DNA of 64,000 nucleotides from the human T2T-CHM13v2.0 reference genome, Homo sapiens. Below are positions 1 through 12,687 of the stretch, piece after piece. Every line of letters starts with the position of its first letter. Within the stretch, counting starts at the first letter, position 1. Position numbers and translations under genes: made by a program. The notes beneath the pieces are model-generated. The model was not told the origin of the DNA. It was given only the letters and a program-made list of their open reading frames with translations, and ran no database searches. The stretch is taken from assembly GCF_009914755.1 (NCBI RefSeq), contig NC_060945.1, one strand, 5' to 3'.

Positions 1-135
1 AATATATCTGCAAATATTTAAAAAATTGAAAATTTTAGAGCTAAAGATCTTAGTATTTAAAATAAAAAATCCACTGGGTAGGCTTAAGAGGCTACTGGAA
101 ATGGAGATAAAAGGGTCAGTAAATCTGAAAACATA
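1..135 (+). mobile_element. Old L1M ORF1-region fragment
   Basis: aaataaaaaatccactgggtaggcttaagag...gggtcagtaaatctgaaaaca resembles the L1M ORF1 coiled-coil segment. Confidence 0.55.
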
Positions 136-169
136 TTAAAAGGAAGCAACCAATATAAAGAATGGTAAT

Positions 170-650
170 CCCCCCCAACATACTTATTAATTTCAAAGGG
201 AAAAGGGTAGCTTTATAGTGGGGAGACAGTAAGCCACAACTTAACAAAGTGATTGAGTTGATATCACCAGTAATGAGACATAGTGATACCTTCTGCCTTC
301 TAATATGATACACTGGAAAGGGTACAGTGTTACTTCTATGGTTTCCTTTATAAAAATGAATAACTGAATTTAACACGGGGAAACATCAGACAAACCAAAG
401 TTGAGAAATATTCTACATAACAACTGGCCAGTACTTTTCAAACGTGTCAAGGGCATGAATAATAAAGACTGAAGACCTCTTCCAGAATGAGAGATTAACT
501 GCAGTGTATGGCCCTGTATTGAATGGTGAGTCAGAAAGAGAACACTATAGGGCAAAAGATGAAACTTGAATAAAGCCTACACATTAGTTGGTAGTGTGTT
601 ATCAATGTTACTAGTGAGATTTTGCAAATTGTATGTGCTTATGAATGTAT
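170..650 (+). mobile_element. L1MC4/L1MC5-like 3' end fragment
   Basis: atacttattaatttcaaagggaaaa...cttaacaaagtgattgagttgatatcaccagtaatg...aaacatcagacaaaccaaagttgag matches the recalled L1MC4-type 3' UTR. Confidence 0.7.
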
Positions 651-669
651 TGTTAAGAAATTCATTTTC

Positions 670-1255
670 TTTAAATAAATTTGTAATTCTAATGCAATCT
701 AACTCAAAACCCCAGCATGTTTTTTTTTGCAGAAATTGACAAGTTGATTCAAAAATTTATGTAAAAACCAAATGAACAAGAATAGACTCTTTTAAAAAAG
801 AGAAAAAATGGCGGAACTTAAATGATCTCATTTTATGACTTACTACAAATAAATAGTAATAAAAGAGGGTGGTATTGGAGAAAAAAATAGACAGATAAAT
901 AAATGGAAGACAATAGATAGCCCAGAAATAGTTCCAAATATAACTGGCTGATTGATTTTTGAAAAAAGTATTAAAGAATTTCAATGGGGGAAAGAAATGC
1001 TGTTTCCAAAATGATGTTGCAACAACTTGATATTTATATGGAATAAAATAGACATTGAATTTTACCTAACACTGTATACAACTTTTAGCTAAAAGAATTT
1101 CATAATTACTATCAAAACTAGGAAACTCCTAAAAGAAATAAAGGAAAAAGTTATTTGTCTTCTTGAGATGAGCCAATATGTCTTCCATGGAATACAAAAT
1201 GCTTGAATAATTTTTTTCAGAAAGGATCAATTAGACTTGATCAAAGTTAAGACAT
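670..1255 (+). mobile_element. Old L1M(E) ORF2 3' fragment
   Basis: aatgcaatc...gaaattgacaagttgattcaaaaattta...gtggtattgg...agcccagaaata...tgatttttga is the degenerate L1 ORF2 C-terminal pattern. Confidence 0.75.
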
Positions 1256-4200
1256 GAAGCTTCATAATGGGGATCAAGTATATATTTATATAACCAGGGA
1301 GTCCTCATCCTCCACCCCGACTTTCTTCATAATGTTTTTCATCTTTAAGGCCTAATTATACAAAAATCCAATTTGGTAGGTACTGCCAAAGCAATTTTTG
1401 CTTGTAATTGACAAGAAGTAATGTTTCATGAGCTACATTTACCTGTATGTTGGGTTGCTTTATATTCACTTCTGTCTAAGCTGAATGTTTAGGAAGGTTA
1501 CTTTCTACTCAATACACATAACATTCTCACTAAAGTTAAACCATATGGGAGTCATTTCCACTGAACATATAAAGACTGGAAGGAGACAAAAAGCAATAAA
1601 TTTCCTATTTTCTTTCATTTGAGGGCTTAGCATGACCAAGGCACCTGTTTTGTGGTAAGACAAAGGCTCAAAAGTGAAGTGTGGAAAAAGTTTTCAAAAA
1701 ATGGGAGAGGTGGCTCTCTGAACTGGAAAACCTGGAAATGTGATAGCTAATAATCTCAGGATGGTCTAAGCTAATATTAGTAGCATGTAAACCTAAATTA
1801 GGCCTTTCTACAGCGGACTTATGCTCCTGAGAAAACATTTCTAGCAAATGGCAACATGTTGAACAAAAAAATCCCCCATTACATCTCTGACACTCTCACA
1901 GTATTTGTCAATTATTCAGCTCGACAGCAACTCACAAAGCTTTTGCACAAGCAGTTTTTCAAAGTTTTGAAATTCTTGTGGATGTGGATGTAATTCTCAT
2001 TTTTGACTCTTTATGTTAAAACACCAGAACACAGGAACTTCTATTTTTAAATAAACACAATTTAGATGTCACAGATCCTGCTGTGTATTTCTTAAAGTTG
2101 TCTTTTCCTTTTTGGTTAAAAGCTTTATGCTGTTTTCCTAAGAGCAAACCTATCCCAATATTAAAAGGTTCCAATTAGAAATGAAACTCCAAAGCCATGA
2201 ATTTTGAGAGGGCTCTGAACTTGCCAAAACAATTTCTTGTAAGACTTGATAACTTGGATTACACACTCCCACTGCATATTTAAAAGCCTTTACTATAAAG
2301 GTTCCTATAACAAAAGGGAGACAAAAAGATACTATAATTATTCATGGAACATATTCAAGCCATCATTGCTGATGAAATATGATATCTACAACATTCCTCT
2401 ACTGTAAATAAGGCAGTGATTCAGAGTAGTGCCATTAGCTACAGAAAACCCATTCTTATCCTTATTAACACATAAAACAATAGCTTTTATCTCAGACTAT
2501 GCTGCCTCTCAGTCTCAAACATACTAAATCTAGCTCTTTGGGAATAACATTTAAATTACAGGTTGGTTTCAGCTTTTTATACTTTTAATTCCAGTGGAAA
2601 CTTTGGGTGCCTCTCCTCTAATGAGATGGTCAAGGGATTAGTGTTCACTCCCTGGAAAACAAAAGCCAATAGTCTAAGCAGCCAGGTCCATTCTTTAGGT
2701 GGACCTGGGTTGGGAAAGTAGGTTGGAGACGAGCTGACCTCACCAGTGTGCAAACTGTCCTGACAGTTCCTTGTGAGTACTCCGAGGCATAGATAGCTCT
2801 CATTACATGCAGTGTTGTAGAAAGCCACATCAATCCTGAATTGGATACTGAACACAGAAATTAGAGTGAAGTCCACAGAATATATAAATGCAGTCTGCAA
2901 CCTGCAGAGTGATTGCTACCCTTGCATTCATTCTGAAAGCCATCCTTGAGACTGCATATAAACATATTCTGATAACAACAGAAATGCTGGTAAATGGACA
3001 AACAGTTGATTAGAGGAGTTTCACAGCTCCCTGTATGATGCTGTCAGAGCATCTGCCTTTGCCACCGGCAATCCTTTGAGGAAAGGACTCCTGCACATTG
3101 CATCTCTTGATTTAATAAGGTGTCTAAGCTGCCATTGAAATTATTAAGGCTTTAAAAATTGCCATGAGTAGCTTCAGTGCCCAGAGATCTTCTCCCTGAT
3201 TTTGTCACAACAAACTAGTGTATAAAAAAAGTGAGGCAAAGGTGGCAAATTGACCCACATGCCATTTCTCCTATGTCATCAGAACCTGCTGCTGCGTAAG
3301 TTTTCCTGAAACTGATGGTGTTATTAGGCATGACCTCGTCAGACTTAGAAAACCTGCATCTATTTTAGCCACTTACTGAAAGCACACAGAACTGCTGAAG
3401 ATAAAATTTCCAAGAATATATTAAAACAAAACTGCTAACCCAGCCAAATTTCCTACACACTTGGAAAGCCTGTAGAACAGCAGGCCAACATTAATACACA
3501 GAAAGACGATAGTGTAACTAAGTAGAAGCTGCTGTTTAAATGTCAAGGTTTTGAAAATTAGAGGAATGGAATGTTTACATGAGTGCCAGCTATCTTTTAG
3601 TGGCCACATGAGTTGTTTCAGCTTACCTTCAGGTTATTTTTAACATGAAAATTTGAGTTGCAATTTGCTGAATATTTCAATTTTTTTTTCCTAAATTAAA
3701 GAAGTAATTTTGTTAATAAGGTTTAGATTTCTGAGAAACCATCATGTGCTCCAATTGTAGAAAAAGATCCATTCCAAATACTCTCCCGAACTGAGAAATA
3801 CTGTAGGTACATAGACAGCAATCACATGAAACTCACTATTATTGATATCAACAAGTATCTTGGGAATTGTTCAATATCATTCTGTCTTGTTCTAGGCACT
3901 GAATTTATAGTAAATCATTTCTACCTACTATTTACTCATCCTCCAAATATCTTCATAGCTCAAAAAGACTTTACTCATTTATCCCCGTATGAAATGAGTG
4001 ACCCAGCTCTTCCCTAGCATGGCTATAACTGTTAGGTTCTAAGTTTCTTGCATAAACCCACTGGTTTATTCACCTCCACATTCCCTGTGTCTAATACTGT
4101 TCTTAGCAAGTAGTGGTCACAGAAAAAATGTTTAACAGAACTAGAAATTACATTTCTCATGTGATTTATTTTTATATTAGTCTGAAAAACACAAAGTGTA

Positions 4201-4989
4201 AAGCATGTTCAATTATTCCACAAATAAAATATGATGAGTTTAACAACTGTTTTTACTAGTAGAACATGTTTAAACCCCTTTGACTTCTATCTTGTACTTT
4301 TCTTAAATGTGTTGTGGCAGATTTTGTGTATGTATATGATTTGCCCAACTGTCTGAAATGAGTAACTCTATCATATGTGTTTTTCCCCCTAAAAACCCAG
4401 ACCAGGGCTACATATTAATTCTGTTGAACTAAGCTGAAATCAAATTAAGGAATTTAGAGTTTTCTTCATGAAAGATGATCTTTGCCATTTAAATAAACAT
4501 TAACAGAATATGTCGATCACTTGACTTGATAATCCATTTTTTAAAATTACCTATTAGCCAGCCATTATTTGTGAGTTAAGAATTTTTTATCTTTATCTAC
4601 ATAAATAGTACTTACATGAGATTAATAAGCTTTTTAAAAATGTCTTCGGTATTGAGGAGAAAATACAACAGAAAAAGATAAAAAGCTCTCTGTGAATTAA
4701 TTACACACAACATTAATTTTAAAAAGGAATATTGGTGAATTCAAAATTAAAAGAATATTATCAGCAACGTATTAGATTTCTTTATGTTTAAGAATAAAAT
4801 GAGGATATTTTAGGAAGTAAGAACTTAGATTTGTGAAATTTGACCTTTCAGCAAAAAACAAAAACAAAACAATAGAAATTGTCCTAATTATAAATAGATT
4901 TGCTAGTCTAGATGTCAGATTGTGTCACATTGATGACATTTTAGCCAGGGATATTGAAATTACAAATTATGCCATAAAGAATAAGCATC

Positions 4990-5145
4990 CATCTTGGAGT
5001 TCAAATATCTGTATTATAATCTAGCTCCTGTCACTAACTAGCTGTTGAGTTTGCATAGTTTTAATCACTGGCTCTTAGTTTCTTTCGATGTGATTGAGTT
5101 ATCAAATCAGATGACCTATCAGTTCCTTTCTAGCTGTAAAATTTT
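4990..5145 (+). mobile_element. MIR SINE fragment
   Basis: aatctagctcctgtcactaactagctg...cttagtttct...cagatgacct...cctttctagct, MIR core and tail. Confidence 0.6.
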
Positions 5146-8100
5146 CCAATCTTTTAGAAGACCTCAATTCTACTTGGTAATGAAGAACTGATTAAGTATG
5201 GTAAAAAGTTATGTTTAGCATTGGAGTTTTCCTCTATTATTACTATTACATTAGATGATTTATCAAAAGTGGTTTTGGAAAATTATGTCTGAAAGTAGAC
5301 AGTGGAAAAAAGGTTATGAGAAATCCATTTGGTTTTGCGTTACCCGTTTATGTATATGAGTGTGTGTGTTATGTATGTGCATTTTGTACGTTCTTCTGTT
5401 TGTTTATTTTTTTGACTTTTTTATGCTCTTTAGCATTTCTTACATTCAGAGTCTTTCAAGTGCCAAAAGAACCACATTTATGTGAAAAGATTTTTTTGGA
5501 GCATTTTTGCCAACCTTCATTTGAAGCTGGAGTTTACAAAATCTTCACAGAGCCTATTTTAATGAGGTTTCCAGCATTAATAAGAAGAGTGTGGTTGCTT
5601 AACTGAAATGACCTGCCAAAACTTTCTTAGGTTCATCCATGGTTACACTGAATATTAAAACTACTGAATAATAGATTGAAACAAGAGCATAAACATTCAT
5701 CTAGAAAACAGTGCATTTTCTTCAACCTTTTACATTAAGAACAAGTCTTCTCAGAGCATATGTAGCAACAACTAATAATTCTTATTAAGCAACATTTACC
5801 ACAGGTATAATATGTGGTAGTTAATATTGTGTAAAATTGAATTTGCTTCAGAGTTTTGATTAAAAGTATTCATTTCAGGCTCTGTGAATAAAAGAATGCT
5901 AGTAAAAGTGAAGATTTCGCAAGTTGCTAAAACAAACTAGCTTTTGTTCTTGAAGTCTGAAAAAATACGACAGCATATTTGTTTCCAGATGGAAGATAAT
6001 TAACACAAAAAAATCTGCTTTATCCATAAATATGGTTCCTTTTTAAATTTCAGTAAGTTCACCAAAATATATAAATTCCCTTGGAACAAGTTAAAGTAAA
6101 GCTGGTATTGGAGAAAAATTAAATAAGTTAGAACTAGGTTTCTTTTTTTCATTTTATTCAAAGCATGGGAAAGATGTGTATTACAAGTTGAGAAATCATG
6201 TCTTTGTTAGTCTCGTTATTTCTTTGTTCAAGGTGTTTGTTAGAATGAGAATCAGGCTGTCTATTGACAAAATTATGTGACAATCTGCATAATTATGTTG
6301 CATATGTGTGAAGCTAGTTATGAATGATTAGATTTTTGTTCAAAGTTAGAATGTCTTTATTTTATAAAAGCCAGTGACTGTGAAATGAATAGGATTTTTC
6401 ATGGCAGCAAAAATATTTCCAAATTTCAGAATTAGACTGCCAGTATCAAAAGGACTTAGACTGAGTAACATTATTTACCTCTATCCATTAATGATAGAAG
6501 CTAAATGAAAGAATTTGCATAAACACAACAGTATAAGTCACCACTAAGTATGGTGTAACTTAAATTATTTCTGTTCAAGTGCATTTAAAGTGTCAATTAA
6601 TTGCCTCCATTTCAAATGCACACCTTTTCCCCAATTATCAAATTAAAATTTGAGCTGAATCAATGAGCACAATGATAGTTTAATTATATTAAACCACATG
6701 AAATAAACAGTGAGGAAGTGTTTGTGCAGATGGCCACCTGAGTCTGTCACCTCCAGGCATAGCCAATGACAAGTATCACTTCCTTGGTAAATAAAATTGC
6801 TTTATTTTACTGTCACTGCAGCATCTTTACTTTTAAAAGAGAGGAGAATGGGTTGAGAGAGAAAGATTTAAGGGAATTATAGAAGGAGAAATTGCAGACA
6901 CAGATGTATTTTTTTTCTAAGGGCACCAGGTGTTTTAAATGCCACCAGAAGGGTGCTCCAGGCGATTCTGTGCTGTCCAAGATAGCTTGGCATAGATTAT
7001 CTGAAAGCTTTTGTGTCTTTTCAGCTTTTGATTAAAGGCCAGTGTCAGGACTCCTCTGGGCTTTTGCTTGGTACAGTAAAGCCGAGGGATTTTTTTTTAA
7101 GCTGTTGCCAAAAAGATGCCAGTTAGGATAATTACATTTCAATTTAAATTGGTAATTTTATGAAAATTTAAACCAGAATATGTGTCACCCAAATCTCCTT
7201 ACTTTCATTCCTCCCAAACATGCACACACACACCCCTCTTGTTTTGGGGGAGACAATGACAGCAGCCCACCAGAACCTTCCCATGACCCAGAGATATGTG
7301 CCAGGAATTAAACAGATGAGAGAAAATTGAACAGAGCCTGTTTTCTCCGTCCAAATGTATTTTCTAGCTTGGATTTAACACTAGTGTACATTGGAACCAT
7401 CCCAGGGCATCCTAGCTTCTAGTATCTTTTTCCCGTGGACTCCAGCAAAAGAAGCTTTGGACCATAACTATAGTATTTAAGACATTGTTTTCCATTCACA
7501 GTCAAGCTTTGTATTTGTTAACAGGATGTAGAAAAGGAATCAAACCTACTTACAGTCTCTCACCCTCTTGGTGAAAGGACTAGGGACACAAGTGGCCAGA
7601 TGAACCCTGATTTTTCTGTCTGCCACTTTCTTTTTCCAGGACACATACGCAAGCTTGGCAGCACCAACAAAGTGGAAGTAATGTTCCTTTGTTTAGAATG
7701 CAGTGTGTACGAACATTTACATAATAAAATACACACACAAATAACAGATGGTGAAGAGCCACTCATTTCGCCACATGTTGTAAGCACGATATCGTTCCTT
7801 GATGATCTCATTTCTTACTTCTGCCTACAGATGTCTACCAGCTATTTAACCTCAGGGGTTATTCAAATGGTGAAAGGTTTGAAGACAGGCACAAATCTGT
7901 CTACAGAATTTTCCTCTTCCATCAGGTGCAAATGCCCTTTCTGGGTGGAGTTGTCAATCCACAAAAATGCTGTCTTCTGTCTGAAGCACTAAATAATAAA
8001 CTTCATTTCTCATGACACTTGTTGGGCAGACAGTGTCTACGAAAGAGCACAATAAATACTGCCAATATGCTGACTTTGAAAGAGGTCTTTTCCCTTTAAC

Positions 8101-10169
8101 CTTTTGTTCTGAACAGAAAGTGTATTAATAATTTTGGTTATTAAGTGAATAGCCTTCTTTTATAGATGTGAGGAGGGGCCTTCGGAAATGAGTGGAAGTC
8201 TCCCAGATGCTGTTTGCTCACATGTCCAATCTGTAATTAGAGTTAAGCCTCAAATGTGTGGTAATAGATACGTTGTATAGATTTAACTGCCACTTGCCAC
8301 TTAGATAACACTTAGATAACACTTCTCCTCCCAAAAGCACAAATTACATTCCTTTTAATTAGCTCCCAATGTACTTTGTTAAAGTACATTGAGAAAGCGA
8401 ATTACTAACCTATTAATTTATAAGCATACATTATTCAAAAGCACATAATCATTAATTAAATATCACAACACATAAGGAGGCAGCATTATCATACCCATTT
8501 TACAGAAATGAATGCCTGTTAAATTATTTGGACTATGACTGATCCAGAATAAGAATCTGTGTTGATCTGTCTAGGATTCATTATTTTGTCCAAGAGGACG
8601 TATCTTTGACTCAATTCTATTTCTTCTTATATAAAATGAATCATAATTTTCAAGCAAAAATCATTAAAAAAAAGTGATGAATTTAAATCAGTTAGCACTT
8701 TAGGGAAATCTCATGTTTTAGCAAGTACATGTATCTTACATTTTACGTAGGAGAGTGTGTAAGAAGGACTTAATATCAACACTAGAATAAGACAATAAAT
8801 GTGGCTATTAAAAACAATCTACCAAACAAGAACTATCTCAAGAAAAGAACAATGAACTTCACTCAAAATGGCTGAAAACAAGCAAACAATCTTATCTTTC
8901 AGAGAATATCTAGACAGTAATATTCAGAAATAGGGTTAGTGACTGGCTGGAATGTAAATGAAAAGATTTTAAGAGATCAGAATGATTTTTGGAAAAGGAA
9001 AATAAATAAACAAAAAAGAGAGTTCATTTAGCTGTATACCTGAAGGCTAATTAAGGCACACTAAGTGATCAACTGAACATAAACATATTCCAGAATTATC
9101 AGATCATTCATCCACAAGCAGAAGAAGAAACAGTGGCCACCATAAGGAAGAAAGGGCTAGAGGATAGACGGGCAGGAAAGAGCAGATAGTAAGGTGGTTG
9201 GACTAGGTGGCAAAAGAGCCTTTGGCACAAAAAACTGTAGGACAAAGGAAGAAAAATGTAAGAGAGGTCAATTAAACGCTTGTAAAAACAGAAAAGGAAA
9301 AAAATGTTGATAATCTGACAAAATTTACCGGCAAGCACCAGATTTGAGAGCATTGCAATCTCCAAGAATATGATGTGCACTTATAAAATTATGACCTTAC
9401 AGAAAAAAATAATAATAAAAAACAATATATTTCTGAGGACAGGTGCGTATTCAAGTGACCTCACTTGCTTATTTTAATCACATTTTAATCACATCATGGT
9501 GTTTTTCCAGTTGGTAAGTAGCAGAAGACCCTTGCCCTAACTAAGGTTTTTCCTATCCTCCATACTCTCCTTGCTCTATCAAGTTCCACATGTATAGATC
9601 ACCCATGTCTCTATGTTCTCATCATTCTTGCTCTTTACTGGTACAGCCAACAATTGGGATAAAACAGTCATAGTAGACTGTTCCATTTGGCATACACCTA
9701 AGTCAAACCACCACCAGCCGCTATATTCTGTCACTATATTCTGTCATAATAGATGACAGAAACTCTGAGCTGTGACACTGATATACCAAATACTAGATAA
9801 AATTATAGTTCTCAGCCTCTGGACTCATTTATGGCACCGGAAATGAGCAAGGAAAGCTGGACTGGTAAGTGACGCCTATGGAAGGAGCCTAGCAGGAGCT
9901 AGGTAAATTCCCAACCATAGGCTGGTCCTCCAGTGACTTGGGGCCTTAACAAGTTGAAAATAAAGCAAGTAACAATTTTTCTCTCTGTGGAGTTTACAGG
10001 GAATCCTAGCAGGGCAAAAAATTGCCCATTGGTATCTTCACAAAAATTTTACTGCCAGTATACTTTTCCTTAACCTGGAACGTCTTTTTTACCACTCTTT
10101 TAACCTTTTTCTCCCCCGTCCTGATCTCAGTCTCAAAGAAAGAAAGTTCCATAACAAAAATATTTGTGG

Positions 10170-10360
10170 GTTGAATATCTACCTAGATGCTAAATGCTAG
10201 GCTAATTGTTTACATGTGTGTTAATTTATTTACTCCTCTCAACAATGTCCTAGAAGAGGCTTCCTTAGAGTCAATAATGAGGAAAGTGTATTAATCTGCA
10301 AAAACCTGAGTTCAAGGCAGGGCCTTGGATCAAATCTATAACTCTCTTCCTAATGCAGCT
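10170..10360 (-). mobile_element. MIR SINE fragment
   Basis: tttacatgtg...tttactcctctcaacaat...atgaggaaa, reverse MIR core. Confidence 0.5.
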
Positions 10361-10682
10361 ACTCTTACTAAAGTGTTAACAGTCTTCTTCTGTTTGAAAA
10401 TCCTCAGTCACTCTTTAGTTTCCTTAAGATTGATATGTTTGGAGCATCATTTTGGAATGCATTGAACTCCCAGACACCCACCCCCAGCACACTCCAAACT
10501 CTAACACAACTTAACCTGTAGGTCATAATCTGCCACCTCACAAAGCTCCTTCCTTAGGCTCTCTTCTTCCCCTTATCCTTCCTGCTGTTCTGAATTCCAA
10601 AAGTATTTCTTACATTTTCTGGACCATCCACTTTAAGTCTTCTTTTCATAATTGCCTCCACAGCTTCAAGACAGAGATGGGC

Positions 10683-10686
<4 letters not shown>

Positions 10687-10728
<42 letters not shown>
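10687..10728 (+). repeat. Pure poly(A) tract (~42 nt)
   Basis: Uninterrupted A run after gccttt. Confidence 0.95.
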
Positions 10729-10731
<3 letters not shown>

Positions 10732-10812
10732 TTCCCTGCCCTTAAAACTGAAAAGAAAAACAAAAACCAAAAAACAAAAAACATCGGTTTATCACAGCCG
10801 TTATTTTTCTTC

Positions 10813-10908
10813 TTCCTTTTTTTAAGACATGGGGTCTTGCTATGCTGACCAGGCTAGACTCAAATTCCTGGTCTCAAGTGATCCTCCTGCTTCAGCCTCC
10901 TGAGTAGC
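10813..10908 (-). mobile_element. Alu monomer (FLAM-like) fragment
   Basis: T-tail then agacatggggtcttgctatgctgaccaggctag...ctcaagtgatcctcctgcttcagcctcctgagtagc. Confidence 0.85.
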
Positions 10909-11085
10909 ACAGTTTTATTTCTTATCAATAAGATATATAATATCTGAATGGCAAATTGAGGATGTAGAATATTCATCGTTGTTGAATTGTATTAAATAGT
11001 TTCATATTGCATTTGTTTGTATGAAAAAGAAAAGTTTTACTTAACAAAAGACACAAACTAATGACTAGTTATTGCCAGTTGACAG

Positions 11086-11466
11086 AGTCTTAGTCTACTT
11101 GTTGCTGCTATAGTAGAATATCACAGACTGGGTAATTTATAAATAATAGATGCTTATTTGGCATATGGTTCTGAAGGTTGAGAAGTCCAAGATTGAGGGA
11201 CTGAATCTAGTCAGGGTCGTCTTACTGTGTCATAACATGGCAGAAGGCATCACATGATAAACATGTGAGACAGGAAACAAGAAACCAAATTCATCCTTAA
11301 TAGAAACTCATTATATAGAAACTCACAATAACTAAACCACTCCTGTGATAACAGTGTCAATCTATTCATGAGGGCTATACCTCTTAAAGGTCTCACCTCT
11401 TAATAGTATCAACAATGGTAATTAAATTTTAACCTGAGTTTTGCAGGGGATATTCAAACTATAGCA
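11086..11466 (-). mobile_element. MaLR solo LTR (MSTB/MSTC-like)
   Basis: gtcttagtc...cagactgggtaatttataa...aagtccaagattgaggg...attcaaactatagca; perfect 5-bp TSD GACAG at 11081-11085 and 11467-11471. Confidence 0.9.
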
Positions 11467-11526
11467 GACAGGTGCTATACTATGTTCTCGATAATAGTTA
11501 CATACATATATGTGTGCAGACAACTA

Positions 11527-11546
11527 TACACACACACACACACACA
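11527..11546 (+). repeat. (CA)n microsatellite
   Basis: acacacacacacacacacag. Confidence 0.9.
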
Positions 11547-12181
11547 GACATATGGCTTGACAAATCAAGGATTTCTTGAACAAACATACAACTAATGAAA
11601 ATCAGAAATGAGTTGATGCTTTATACTGACACTTAATTTGTACTTGATTCTCATTAAGGATTACCCTTTCTTTGTTTTCAGTCTCTGCTTAGATTTTACT
11701 TAAAAATATTTTCCTAATTTATTTCCCAACATCTTTTCCTGCTGGTATTTCTTTTTTTCCATCATTTATTTATAATGAAGGCTCCTCCAAATACTACTTG
11801 GTCTGAGTTTCTGGAATCCTTTTGGCAATTTCTTTGCAAAAGTAATGTTTGGGATTATTGTGTAGCTCTGTTGCCCAGTTGGAACTGAACATAGCATCAA
11901 GCTATATTGACTACTACATTTTATTTCTTTTTATGCTTTTTTAAAAATAAAATAACCACTACCTAAGGAAAACTATAGCTATCTTCAATGTAGGGCTCAA
12001 GTCAAAACTCTGCAACTCAGGCTGAACTGAATTCAAAAATTAATTTAGCACTTACTTCTTTGCCTTGCAATAAATATTGATAGCGACCTCCACTTTGAGA
12101 GAGATTCTCAGGCAGAAACTTTAACTCTAGAGATACTATTAGGAAATACTATAAGTTCTTTTGCTTCCAAGCTTCCATCTT

Positions 12182-12687
12182 ATGATTTGCATTTTATATT
12201 TGTCCCTAGAGATCATTTTCCTACACTTTTCCAGCTTTTTCTACACTATTCTGTGGCCAAGAGACTGGCCTCTATCCGTCACACCATGCTGACTCTCTTA
12301 CTCTGCATTTCTTGTTGGTTCAGCTATGGGAGAAAAGAGAGGTTAAAGGAAAGAGAAACAGGAGTATTTACTCCCTCAGCTCCCTCCTTGTTTGACTGAG
12401 GGTTAGCTGAGGTTGTTTTCCACTCACCAAAAGACACTTGTTTGCAGATGTTCCTGTCTTATAGTTACAAGTCTCACTGACATTCAATAACTGCTCCCTC
12501 TCCTCATCCCTTTGGTCTCAGGAGTAATAAAAGCTTCCTAAAATATTGGTAGCCGTTAAGATCTATACCGTAAGTCATCACTTACCCAGTATTGTTTCCT
12601 AATAATTGTAAATAGTCTATTAAACTCATTTCTAGTACCCTAATTTGAGTGTGCTACCTCCTTCTTTCTGAGACACTAGCTGATACT
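12182..12687 (+). mobile_element. LTR33-family (ERVL) solo LTR
   Basis: tttgtccctagagatc...ggagtatttactccctcagctccctcc...tgtaaatagtc...taccctaatttgagtgtgctac...ctgatac follows the recalled LTR33 consensus. Confidence 0.75.

Noticed and set aside
6939-6958. CTCF-like GCCACCAGAAGGGTGC
   Set aside because: The 3' half is out of register with CCACCAGRKGGCRS; too weak to call.
9471-9746. Short tandem duplications (attttaatcac x2, ctatattctgtca x2; also taagaacaggtata x2 at 29677-29704)
   Set aside because: Ordinary slippage or repair duplications of two copies; no spacer array, not CRISPR-like.
9505-9875. Isolated strong plus-strand donors (TTG|GTAAGT, CTG|GTAAGT; also CAG|GTAAGA near 29540)
   Set aside because: No convincing paired acceptor or coding frame; such motifs occur by chance.
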